This document shows positions 1-9,056 of a DNA stretch of 64,000 nt, piece after piece. The stretch is from contig CAZUDK010000001.1 in assembly GCA_964618905.1 (NCBI GenBank), positions 13,982 to 77,981 of the forward strand. Reading direction: 5' to 3'. The stretch comes from an uncultured Candidatus Saccharibacteria bacterium (GTDB lineage: Bacteria > Patescibacteriota > Minisyncoccia > Phycocordibacterales > Zambryskibacteraceae). The notes beneath the pieces were generated by a model. It had not been told where the DNA came from and made no database searches. It saw nothing but the letters and a program-made list of their open reading frames with translations. Position 1 is the stretch's first letter, and each line of letters starts with the position of its first letter. The translations under genes and the position numbers were made by a program.

Positions 1-10
1 TTATGATCTT

Positions 11-1813
11 CTACTCAAGTACAGCCTTTATTCTTCTGACACCTGCCGAAACAGATTCTTCTTTGATGATTTTGAACTTGCCAAGAACAGATGTGTTTTC
101 AACATGCGGCCCGCCGCAGAATTCTTTTGAATAAGCACTTTCGAGTGAATCGCCGATATAGTAAACACTGACTTCATCGGGATATTTCTGGTCGAAGAAA
201 TGCCTTGCGCCAATTTTCAGAGCTTCCTCCTTCGGCATGATCTTGCTTTGTACAGGCAAAGCTTCAGCGATTTTTTCATTCACAATATCTTCCACCTTTT
301 GCTTCTCTTCATCTGTCAGTTTGCGCGGAAAAGAAAAGTCAAAACGCAGACGCTCCGGAGTAATGTTACTGCCTTTCTGCCCCACTTCATCTCCAAGAAC
401 ATCATGCAAAGCTTGATGCAAGAGATGTGTCGCTGTGTGATACTTCACGCTTTTTTCTGAAGTATCAGCCAAGCCTCCTTTAAACTTTTGCTCTGCTCCG
501 GCGCGGCTCTTTTCTTGATGCTCTGAAAGCAGCTTCTTGAATCCTTCTACATCGACTTTAATACCTCGCTCATCGGCAATTTCAACAGTAAGCTCAATAG
601 GAAAGCCAAATGTCTGGTAAAGATCAAAAGCTTTTTCTCCGGAAATGCTTTTTTCCTCCACAGAATTTTCCAAACCGTAATCTGAGCCGATTTCTTTTTC
701 AAGCTGGGAAAGACCTAGCCTTAAAGTCTTCCTAAATTTTTCTTCTTCGCCGCTAATGTTTTTATCAATATCTTCACTTGCCTTTGCAAGTTCAGGGTAT
801 ACATCTTCGTATTTCGAGATAACTTCATCTGCCACATTAAATAATCCGCCCGGAATAATACCGAGTACATCCGCATACCTTACGGCACGCCTCAAGAGTC
901 TGCGCAATACATAACCTCTGTCAGTATTGGAAGGCACTACTCCGTCTGCAATCATAAAGACTGATGTCCTGATGTGGTCTGCTACTATTCTCTCTGCCTT
1001 TTCATCCGAAGTCGATGAAAGATCTTTAATTTCCGACATGATGGAATCAAAAAGGTCAGTCTCGTAGGCAGTCTTCTTGCCCTGCATGACTGATGCCATC
1101 CTTTCAAGTCCGGCTCCGGTATCAACATTTTGCTGAGAGAGCTTGCCGGCAACCTGTCCATCTTTTTTAAGATATTCCATGAAAACGTTGTTCCATATCT
1201 CAACCAAGTCTTCCCTCTCTACAGCACTGATGAAGTCAGACTTTGATAGATCTCCCAAACCTTGACCTGTTAAGTCATAAAACATTTCCGTGTCAGGTCC
1301 GGACGGGCCATCATTACCTGCCGACCACCAGTTATCATCTGCACCAAGCGGGTAGATCCTGTCCTCCGGTATCCCAAGGCTCATCCATATATCTTTTGAA
1401 GTTTGATCAAAATCAGCATTATCATCTCCTTCAAAAATAGTCACATACAGTTTTTTAGGATCAAGACCGAGACCTTCTTCATCTGAAGTAAGAAACTCAT
1501 AACTCCATTTAATAGCATCTTCTTTGAAATAATCCCCAAGAGACCAGTTACCCATCATTTCAAAAAAAGTGAAATGCCTGTTGTCTCCGATATCGTCCAA
1601 ATCTCCAGTTCGGACGCACTTTTGAATATTGACCAGCCTCCTGCCTTTCGGATGTTCCTTACCTAAAAGAAAGGGTGCGAGCGGCTGCATGCCGGCAGTG
1701 GTGAACAGAACAGATGAATCATTCTCAGGCACCAAAGGCGCTGAAGGGATCACAGCATGTCCCCTCTTTTCAAAAAAATCCAAAAATCTCTGCCTTATAT
1801 CCTTTGATTCCAT
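11..1813 (-). CDS. alaS: Alanine--tRNA ligase, compact form without C-Ala domain
   Basis: FTTAGMQP, QKCVR, HFTFFEMMGNWS, DTGAGLER, editing motifs HTATH and CGGPH; 600 aa. Confidence 0.97.
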   Translation of the reverse strand: MESKDIRQRFLDFFEKRGHAVIPSAPLVPENDSSVLFTTAGMQPLAPFLLGKEHPKGRRLVNIQKCVRTGDLDDIGDNRHFTFFEMMGNWSLGDYFKEDAIKWSYEFLTSDEEGLGLDPKKLYVTIFEGDDNADFDQTSKDIWMSLGIPEDRIYPLGADDNWWSAGNDGPSGPDTEMFYDLTGQGLGDLSKSDFISAVEREDLVEIWNNVFMEYLKKDGQVAGKLSQQNVDTGAGLERMASVMQGKKTAYETDLFDSIMSEIKDLSSTSDEKAERIVADHIRTSVFMIADGVVPSNTDRGYVLRRLLRRAVRYADVLGIIPGGLFNVADEVISKYEDVYPELAKASEDIDKNISGEEEKFRKTLRLGLSQLEKEIGSDYGLENSVEEKSISGEKAFDLYQTFGFPIELTVEIADERGIKVDVEGFKKLLSEHQEKSRAGAEQKFKGGLADTSEKSVKYHTATHLLHQALHDVLGDEVGQKGSNITPERLRFDFSFPRKLTDEEKQKVEDIVNEKIAEALPVQSKIMPKEEALKIGARHFFDQKYPDEVSVYYIGDSLESAYSKEFCGGPHVENTSVLGKFKIIKEESVSAGVRRIKAVLE

Positions 1814-1835
1814 GGGGCTAATATAGCATATCTAC

Positions 1836-2441
1836 TTACTTAGACTGTAATAGCTTCAAAATCTTAAAGTCTTCCATAAGGGTGGATTTGAGCTCTTGGT
1901 TGTATATGGCGGCGGCAGGATGATAGAGGGGTATGACCTTTACTTTTACATCATCTATCTGTGTTTCGAAAACCTTGCCGTGCAAAACACTTATAGGCCC
2001 AAGCTCCCATTCCAAGCCATATCTATTCATGACGTATTGCATGGAAAATCTTCCTAATGCTGCTATGACCTTCGGCTTGATGATTTCAATCTGCCTGTCT
2101 AAATACGGAGCATAAAGAGCGATTTCATCCGGCAGAGGATCACGATTCTTGGGAGGACGATCTTTGACTATATTTGTAACATAAGTGTCCTGCCGAGATA
2201 TGTCTGCAGACTCTAAGAGTTCATCCAGTATCTGGCCGGCCCTTCCGCAGAAGGGCCGGCCTGTCTTGGCCTCATTTTCTCCGGGAGCCTCGCCGACAAA
2301 CAATACTTCGGCAGTATGATTACCCTCTCCTATCACAGGAAAATACCCGTTGGCTCTGCGGAAATCTGCAAGTCCAGATCCAGACAAGGCCAGAACTTCG
2401 TCACGTATTTCTTTCAGTTTCTCACTTCGCTCTTCGCTCAT
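1836..2441 (-). CDS. Uracil-DNA glycosylase family 4; probable start ATG 2441
   Basis: GEAPG, GRPFCGRAG, TNIVK.RPP.NR.P, YHPAA motifs. Confidence 0.9.
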   Translation of the reverse strand: MSEERSEKLKEIRDEVLALSGSGLADFRRANGYFPVIGEGNHTAEVLFVGEAPGENEAKTGRPFCGRAGQILDELLESADISRQDTYVTNIVKDRPPKNRDPLPDEIALYAPYLDRQIEIIKPKVIAALGRFSMQYVMNRYGLEWELGPISVLHGKVFETQIDDVKVKVIPLYHPAAAIYNQELKSTLMEDFKILKLLQSK

Positions 2442-3213
2442 GCTTAACTCCAGCTTTCTTTCTAAGTGCGTCACCAAGAGCTGCTACATACCGGCAATAA
2501 TCGCAGTCCTTGCCGGAAGACGGCAAGCGTTCATCTTCAAGACATTGGCGGATAGACAGAAGCACCCTAGGTATCCAATCTGTTTTGCCTTCATAAGGCA
2601 AAACAGTAACATCAAATTCCAATTTGCCGTCTAAAGCTTCTTTGTCTGTCTTGCCATTAACATAAACGAAGTAGCCTGTACTTGATACATCAAAACCGTT
2701 CTGACGGAAAAGCCATTGATAGACTTCCATCTGCCTTTTGTACTGAGTTTTCCATTCATCATCCAAAGTAATTTCTTCTTCTTTGCTGGTAGCTTTGTAA
2801 TCAACAATCAGAAGCTCACCTTTCGGATTTACCCAGACGTCATCTACTCCGCCTCTCAATAAAAGATTCGACTTCGGATCATGGTAAGAGATTCCCCTCT
2901 TGAGAGCATCGCGCCATTCCTCCAATCGCTCGTCAGCTAAAGGCACAGCATCAATACCATAAGTTTCCATCAAAGGATGCTTTGTCTTACTGACTCTATG
3001 AATATCAAACTCCTTCTTCAAGAGAGTGTCTACGGCATTGTTTAAAGTGAATGGGAAACTCGCAGGACGACCCACCCCCATACGCTGGTCAAGATAAAAG
3101 CAGCGAGGACACTGAACAAACAGATCCACCTTGCTTCTACTCAATCTGAAAGGCTCATTAGAGTTTGGGTCAAAGAGGCCTCTAGTTCTCCGAGGATTGT
3201 AGTATTTAGACAT
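2422..3213 (-). CDS. PD-(D/E)XK nuclease family protein (RecB/Cas4-like)
   Basis: LSRSK..CPRCFY, GGVDD, IVDYK, QMEVY, C-terminal CDYC. Confidence 0.85.
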   Translation of the reverse strand: MSKYYNPRRTRGLFDPNSNEPFRLSRSKVDLFVQCPRCFYLDQRMGVGRPASFPFTLNNAVDTLLKKEFDIHRVSKTKHPLMETYGIDAVPLADERLEEWRDALKRGISYHDPKSNLLLRGGVDDVWVNPKGELLIVDYKATSKEEEITLDDEWKTQYKRQMEVYQWLFRQNGFDVSSTGYFVYVNGKTDKEALDGKLEFDVTVLPYEGKTDWIPRVLLSIRQCLEDERLPSSGKDCDYCRYVAALGDALRKKAGVKHERRAK

Positions 3214-3662
3214 TAACTATTATTAAGACGTAAGATTTTGTGTTCTATGAACCAAAACAGCGTAAAAACTATTAGAGTTGCTATTGTAGCAAATATTGAC
3301 AGTGCCAGCAGGCCATACCCTACAGCCATTCCAATTCCCGCAGAAACCCACAGTCCTGCCGCCGTGGTAAGGCCGGATACATGTGAATTCTTAAATATAA
3401 TAACCCCTCCGCAAAGAAAGCCTATACCCATAATAATTCCAGCCGCTACTCTAAGAGGATCGAAACTGTAAGCCGTAATATTCGGTATAACTGAAGTAGC
3501 AATGAGTATAAAGAGGCATGATCCCATGGAAACAAGTCCAAATGTTCTAACTCCAGCCCTCTTGCCGGCAAAAGATCTTTCAAGTCCCACAGCCGAGCCA
3601 AGAAGCATAGCTATAATAAGATAAACAAAAGGTAAAAACTCAGGATCTATATTTGTTAGCAT
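3213..3662 (-). CDS. MgtC/SapB family membrane protein
   Basis: GLER...AGVRTF, DPLRVAAGI..GIGFL, GLTTAAGLW. Confidence 0.92.
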   Translation of the reverse strand: MLTNIDPEFLPFVYLIIAMLLGSAVGLERSFAGKRAGVRTFGLVSMGSCLFILIATSVIPNITAYSFDPLRVAAGIIMGIGFLCGGVIIFKNSHVSGLTTAAGLWVSAGIGMAVGYGLLALSIFATIATLIVFTLFWFIEHKILRLNNS

Positions 3663-3663
3663 G

Positions 3664-4545
3664 TTAAAGTTCATTAATTTCTTTAATTACTGGTCGGCTA
3701 TCGAAATTCGAGCCGAGCACTTTCTGTAATATGGAAGGGTTATCCTTCACATTCGAACACAGCACCGCGCCGGCTGCCGCCAGCGCTCTCTTCTCTTTAA
3801 TCGAAAGAGAAGTCAGGCAGGTAATAGGATGAAGTGTTCCCTCTTCTATCATATCCTGCAGATTGCCTTTCTCAGGATAATTCCAGCCCACCAGAGTGAG
3901 ATTCTTGCAGTTGGCATACTTGATAGCTGTTGAAGAAAATTTTGTATTGGTCAGAAGCCAGCCATCTGTCAGTTCCCTATCCTTGCCTCCATAATTGAAG
4001 ACATTGCCTTTAAGATCATCAAACCGTGCTTTCACATACAAAGCTACTTTCAAGTCTGATTTGGTTCCGGGTTCATTATGGAATTTTGCTTCCACCATCA
4101 CTAATTTCTTTTCATTCCATGCCACCACGTCGACTTCATGAGAAACACAGCCGCCGAGCACTGTCTGGCGAGTCATAGTCTCAAATCCTTTTTCTTTGAG
4201 GACATCTGCTACAAAATCCTCAAACGGAAATCCTGTCGGTCCAAGTTCCATGACAGCTCTGCGCAGAGAATATCTTCTGGCAGCCGGCTTCTGCAACTTC
4301 TTTAAGACGTCGAAAGCATGCTTGTATATCTCTGAAGTCGTAGTGTCGTTATGCAGATCTTCTTTAACACGAAGAAGAACTTCATCTACTATTTTTTTTG
4401 AAGCGCCGGAACGCAAGAGAGATGCACGCAATTTTTCTGGCTCGAATGCCTCACGCTTGCCGTTTGCCTTTATGACAACTATCTGGTTCGGCATTAAGGC
4501 ATCCGGTGCAACCTTCTTAATTGCTTCCTTAAGCACTGTGGACAT
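3664..4545 (-). CDS. ATP-cone domain fused to restriction endonuclease-like (Mrr-type PD-(D/E)XK) domain
   Basis: VIKANGKREAFEPEKL ATP-cone start; GFPFE..V, HEVDVVA, VEAKFH, TNTKFS. Confidence 0.8.
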   Translation of the reverse strand: MSTVLKEAIKKVAPDALMPNQIVVIKANGKREAFEPEKLRASLLRSGASKKIVDEVLLRVKEDLHNDTTTSEIYKHAFDVLKKLQKPAARRYSLRRAVMELGPTGFPFEDFVADVLKEKGFETMTRQTVLGGCVSHEVDVVAWNEKKLVMVEAKFHNEPGTKSDLKVALYVKARFDDLKGNVFNYGGKDRELTDGWLLTNTKFSSTAIKYANCKNLTLVGWNYPEKGNLQDMIEEGTLHPITCLTSLSIKEKRALAAAGAVLCSNVKDNPSILQKVLGSNFDSRPVIKEINEL

Positions 4546-4565
4546 ACTTAAAGTATACCCCAGAT

Positions 4566-5651
4566 TTACTCTACAGCACTGTCGATAATACCGCCGCCAA
4601 GGCAAGTCTCTTCTTGGTACAAAACAGCAGACTGCCCGAAAGAAAGACCCCTCTGCGGCTTGTGGAATTTTAATACAAGTTTCTTACCCGCAAGTTTAAG
4701 CTGGGCCGGAAATTTCTCCTGTCTATATCTTATTCTGACCAAGACTTGGGCATCGTCCGGCTCTGTTATCCAATTTACGCGGCTTAGAGCTACTTTATCC
4801 GGAGAGAGCGACTCTGCTTCAGTGATAGAATCAGAGACTGTAATAGTATTAGCTTTCATGTCTTTGCTAACTACGTAAAAAGGCCCGTCTGAATCAGATT
4901 TCTTAGTTATATCAAAGCCATGCCTTTCACCGATGGTGTAATAGAGAACACCTTTGTGAGTGCCTATAACTTTGCCGTTAGTGTCGAGCACATCACCCGG
5001 CAGAGCTTCTATAAAATGCGACAGAAATTCTTCCATGCTGACATCACCAAGAAAACATATCCCCTGACTATCTTTCTTATCAGCCACAGGCAGATTAATT
5101 TCTTCAGCTATCCGGCGAACCTCTTTCTTTTGAAGATTGCCTATTGGAAATAGAATGTGCGGCAAGTCTTCTTGCGTCAGAGTCCACAAGAAATAGCTCT
5201 GGTCTTTTTCCTTGTCTTCTCCTTCACGAAGCATGCGCTGCGCTTTATCACCTTTTTTGCGTGCAACATTAGCATAGTGTCCCGTAGCAATATAATCAGC
5301 ACCCATCTCTTTTGCTTTCTTCCAAAAAGCACCAAACTTTATTTCTCTGTTGCATAAAACATCCGGATTCGGAGTCCTGCCGGCTCTATATTCTTTAAGC
5401 ATGTAATCCACCACACCTCTCTTGTATTCATCTTCAAAATCAAAAAAGAGAAAAGGTATATCAAGGGCGAGAGCGACCCGCATAGCATCTCTTCTTTCCT
5501 CTCTCCAATTGCAAGGCAAAAAATCAGGCTGCCAAACCTTGATGAATACTCCGGTTACATCGTAGCCTTGCTCCTTTAAGAGATGCGCAGAAACAGCAGA
5601 GTCTACGCCGCCAGAGAGCCCGACAAATACTTTTTTACCTTTATTATCCAT
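4566..5651 (-). CDS. mnmA: tRNA 2-thiouridine(34) synthase
   Basis: SGGVDS, TPNPDVLCN, ATGHYA, KDQSYFL, DSQGICF. Confidence 0.97.
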   Translation of the reverse strand: MDNKGKKVFVGLSGGVDSAVSAHLLKEQGYDVTGVFIKVWQPDFLPCNWREERRDAMRVALALDIPFLFFDFEDEYKRGVVDYMLKEYRAGRTPNPDVLCNREIKFGAFWKKAKEMGADYIATGHYANVARKKGDKAQRMLREGEDKEKDQSYFLWTLTQEDLPHILFPIGNLQKKEVRRIAEEINLPVADKKDSQGICFLGDVSMEEFLSHFIEALPGDVLDTNGKVIGTHKGVLYYTIGERHGFDITKKSDSDGPFYVVSKDMKANTITVSDSITEAESLSPDKVALSRVNWITEPDDAQVLVRIRYRQEKFPAQLKLAGKKLVLKFHKPQRGLSFGQSAVLYQEETCLGGGIIDSAVE

Positions 5652-5750
5652 AATCTTCGAGAGTTTATCACATCAATATTAAACGCGAAAACTGATATAC
5701 AAGCTGTAGGTTACGCATATTTATTCGACATTGAATATTGAACAAACCTG

Positions 5751-6713
5751 CTAAGGATTCAAATATTTTTGTTTATTTTGAACATGCTTATCATGATTGG
5801 TTGCGTAATACATCATCCCGTCATCACCAGTTAAGAAATACAAATAAGGAGACACTGTTGGATTAAGAGCCGCCAAAATACTCTCTAGACCGGGATTAGA
5901 AATAGGTTTCGGAGGAAGGCCTTTATATAAATAAGTGTTATACGGAGAGTCTATCTTAAGATCGTCAGTCGTAAGGTCTTCAGTTGTTTTGCCGTTAACA
6001 TATACGAAGCTGGCATCTACTTGCAAAGGAATATCGAGCTCAATACGTCTCCATAAAATGCCGGATATCATTTCCCTGTCTTCTTTATTATTGGCTTCAG
6101 CCTCTATTATAGATGCCATAGTTATGATCTCTCCCAAGGAACGGCCGGAAAGCTCCACTTCTGGCATCAGAGGAAAGATTTTTCTGATGAAATTATCCCT
6201 TAGAAGTTTTATGGTGGATGTGGCTGTACTATTTACTGGCACGAAATACGTATCAGGGAAAAGATACCCTTCGGGCGCTAAAGACTCAAAAACTTCATGG
6301 TCAAAAAGAGGGAACCTGTCATCGAAAAGAGCAGAGATTTTAGCAACGGTAAAGCCCTCTGGTATTGTTATTCTGACTCTTTCTATCTGATAATCGCCAT
6401 CGACTATCCTCTTGGCTATAAAGAAAGCATTCTCAGGCTTCTCCATGTAATAATCCCCCGCTTTCATCGCTCTCTCTCCTCCCAAAGCTATAGCAGCTAC
6501 CCTGAACCAAAATGGCGAGCGAATAACCTGTTTTTTCTCCAGTTCGGAAGAGAGTTCAAACAGACCTGAACCTCTATTAACAGCTACAATAGTATCTTTT
6601 GGAAAAGCTCTTGGAGCAGATATGCTGAAAAAATACACGCAGACCAAAACTAGGCCTGCAAGAAATAGAGCAAAAAGAAAAACTAATTTCCCTTGTGTAA
6701 AAGGTGTACGCAT
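5751..6713 (-). CDS. mltG: Endolytic transglycosylase MltG (YceG-like)
   Basis: N-terminal TM, ITIPEG, EGYLFPDTY, ASIIEAE, SPYNTY..GLPP.PI.NPG. Confidence 0.93.
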   Translation of the reverse strand: MRTPFTQGKLVFLFALFLAGLVLVCVYFFSISAPRAFPKDTIVAVNRGSGLFELSSELEKKQVIRSPFWFRVAAIALGGERAMKAGDYYMEKPENAFFIAKRIVDGDYQIERVRITIPEGFTVAKISALFDDRFPLFDHEVFESLAPEGYLFPDTYFVPVNSTATSTIKLLRDNFIRKIFPLMPEVELSGRSLGEIITMASIIEAEANNKEDREMISGILWRRIELDIPLQVDASFVYVNGKTTEDLTTDDLKIDSPYNTYLYKGLPPKPISNPGLESILAALNPTVSPYLYFLTGDDGMMYYATNHDKHVQNKQKYLNP

Positions 6714-6718
6714 GATGA

Positions 6719-7963
6719 TTAAATAGGCAGATTAGCTGGAGCCTCAGCTTTCTTAGAAGGTATCCTGGAAAGAGTTGGAGTAGCTGCCACTTCTGAGCTT
6801 GGGAAGTGGTATATAGTTGCAAGTTCTTCAGTTGTTAGAATAAATGGATTGCCATGAAAATTCTTAAAAGGAGCATTAAAGAATGATCGTCTCTTGTAAG
6901 CTTCCAAGAGTTTGCGCTGCTCATTCATCTTTCTTCTCTCTTTGAAGTCCTGCCAAGGATAGTCATAGCCGGCAGAGAAACCGGGCTTAAAGCCGTTTAA
7001 GTTGCTGGAATTGAATTGAGTTACAGAGCCTATTAAACCGCCTATATTTGCCGGATTAAATACATCTACCTCAGCGAAGTAAGTTGCCCTTATCATTGTG
7101 TCGAAAGCGCTCTTGCCAGACGTTCTCTCTATAGCTTTAACTACTTCTTTCTGCCCTTCGCTGAGATGCTTGCTCTCAGGAGTGCTCTTATCTTCCGGAT
7201 CTTTATATAAACCTTTTTTCATGAGATCTTTGATTTCCTTTTCTATGCCTCCTTTCCAGTCAGGCTTAGTGAAAACGCGGCCGTATTTGATGCCTTCTTT
7301 AGCATGAGCTTGGATCATTATTTGTATCCAAGCCTGCTCTCCTGTTTTGAGCGATCCAAGATATTCCAGAACGGTAGTTATCGGATCAACTTTGAACTCT
7401 TCTTCAATGTTTTCATCTAAGCCGTAATCAATATAGGTCTTTATCGGGTAAGCATCGGCCTTGGTAAGAGCAAACTGACCAAACCAACCAAACTTTATCT
7501 TGGAAGGATCATGATGTACGGCAAGAGCATAGTCTGCCACTTCTCGAACTTCAATATTCGGAAATTGGGCATACAACTGAGTCTCAATGCGGCTCTTAAA
7601 ATCTTCCATAGCCCATATAAAGAAATGTACCGTGCCGTCTATAGACACAAGCTCTAAAGAAAACCACGAACGTACGCGGCCTTTGAGATATACATCTATA
7701 AGCGAACCTACTCCGGGCTGATATAGAGTGTTTAGAAAGACTTCCATAGCAGCAGGAGTTTTAAGTATTTCTCGCGGTATCTTTATCTCCAAAAGCACAG
7801 AACCTTTGTTCTTTATCCACTCACGCCTTTTATATTCAAGCCAAATATCAAAAGAAACTGCCAAAAGAAGAGCAGGCAGCCAGATAGGAGCTGTTTTCCA
7901 AAGTGCGTTTAAGACGTCTAGGAATATATCTGTTTGGAAAAGAGAAGATAATTCTCCAAGCAT
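6719..7963 (-). CDS. Conserved hypothetical membrane-anchored protein of CPR type
   Basis: 414-aa ORF in operon; N-terminal TM, LLEIKIPRE, SLELVS, EELATIYHFP, PANLP. Confidence 0.7.
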   Translation of the reverse strand: MLGELSSLFQTDIFLDVLNALWKTAPIWLPALLLAVSFDIWLEYKRREWIKNKGSVLLEIKIPREILKTPAAMEVFLNTLYQPGVGSLIDVYLKGRVRSWFSLELVSIDGTVHFFIWAMEDFKSRIETQLYAQFPNIEVREVADYALAVHHDPSKIKFGWFGQFALTKADAYPIKTYIDYGLDENIEEEFKVDPITTVLEYLGSLKTGEQAWIQIMIQAHAKEGIKYGRVFTKPDWKGGIEKEIKDLMKKGLYKDPEDKSTPESKHLSEGQKEVVKAIERTSGKSAFDTMIRATYFAEVDVFNPANIGGLIGSVTQFNSSNLNGFKPGFSAGYDYPWQDFKERRKMNEQRKLLEAYKRRSFFNAPFKNFHGNPFILTTEELATIYHFPSSEVAATPTLSRIPSKKAEAPANLPI

Positions 7964-7972
7964 TAATATATT

Positions 7973-9010
7973 TTACACATTATGATACAGATTGTCTTTA
8001 TCTTTTTTGAAGAACTTGGTGTTTTGTAAGTTTACTAGGATAGTGTTTTCTTTTACGTATCTTTCTTTCAAAACTCTCTTTACTATTTCTTCTTTGGTTA
8101 GAGGGCCTTCCTTTTCTATTATTTTTCTAATTACATCCTTAACAACTCCGGACATATATCCCCATTCTGAAAGCGCATATAATCCTCGTCCTACCAGTAC
8201 GAATCTATCGTCTTTTATAAGCTCGTTGTGAGTAGTGGCAACATGAGCCTTTTTATCGAAATATTGCGTGATAGCTTTGGCAACTTCTTTGAAGTGTATA
8301 GGTTCTCCGTGCTTTCTGATAACCAGAAAAGCATAATCCCTCATGCCTTTAGCCCGAACATTTGGAGAGCTTGCTTTACCCCATTCTCCCAAAGGGTTTC
8401 TGTCTATTTTATGCGAGAGCGCAAGCCATCTTTTTATTATTTCCTCGTTCTTATATTTTTCATTCAAATCTTTCATTTCATCAAGGAAAGATTCTATAAG
8501 ATCTCCTTCGGCAATTAAGTCGTCATCATCCAGTCTGGAATAAAGCCTCTTGAGAGCTTCCTCTATTTTCTTTGCAAGCTCAGGATCCACCTGCCATCGG
8601 TGCTTGAAATCCGAATCTTCTTTAAGGCGCTGGAATTCTTCGCCGACAACCAAGAGAAAATGGAAGTGGTTCTTGGTGCTCTCATCTTTAGCCAGATAAT
8701 CCAAAAGATCTTTTTCGGAAATAACTGCTCCAAGAGAGGCGATAAGATTCTTGAGCTCAATAAAGACTGGTGCCAAATCCTTGTACACAGAAGATTTCCT
8801 CATGGTCATCAAGGAATGGTTCTCTATCTGCCTTACACGCTCTCTGGTGATGCCATATTTCTTACCTATAGCATCGAGAGTAAGCTTCTGAGACTTTGCA
8901 CCGAGGCCGTAACGATTGATGATGACGTCCTGTGCGCGTTTGGACAGAACAGACAACAAGCGCTTCGTTGCATCCTTCGGTTTAAAAGTTAATGCTATCT
9001 TTTCAGTCAT
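7973..9010 (-). CDS. Sigma-70 region 4-like HTH fused to C-terminal winged-helix (HARE-HTH/RpoE-like) domains
   Basis: TLDAIGKKYGITRERVRQIE; PIHFKEVA..THNELI..RFVLVGRGLYAL.EW. Confidence 0.75.
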   Translation of the reverse strand: MTEKIALTFKPKDATKRLLSVLSKRAQDVIINRYGLGAKSQKLTLDAIGKKYGITRERVRQIENHSLMTMRKSSVYKDLAPVFIELKNLIASLGAVISEKDLLDYLAKDESTKNHFHFLLVVGEEFQRLKEDSDFKHRWQVDPELAKKIEEALKRLYSRLDDDDLIAEGDLIESFLDEMKDLNEKYKNEEIIKRWLALSHKIDRNPLGEWGKASSPNVRAKGMRDYAFLVIRKHGEPIHFKEVAKAITQYFDKKAHVATTHNELIKDDRFVLVGRGLYALSEWGYMSGVVKDVIRKIIEKEGPLTKEEIVKRVLKERYVKENTILVNLQNTKFFKKDKDNLYHNV

Positions 9011-9056
9011 ATTTGACCTCTATTTTTATCATTGACTAATGTATATGTCAAGGATT

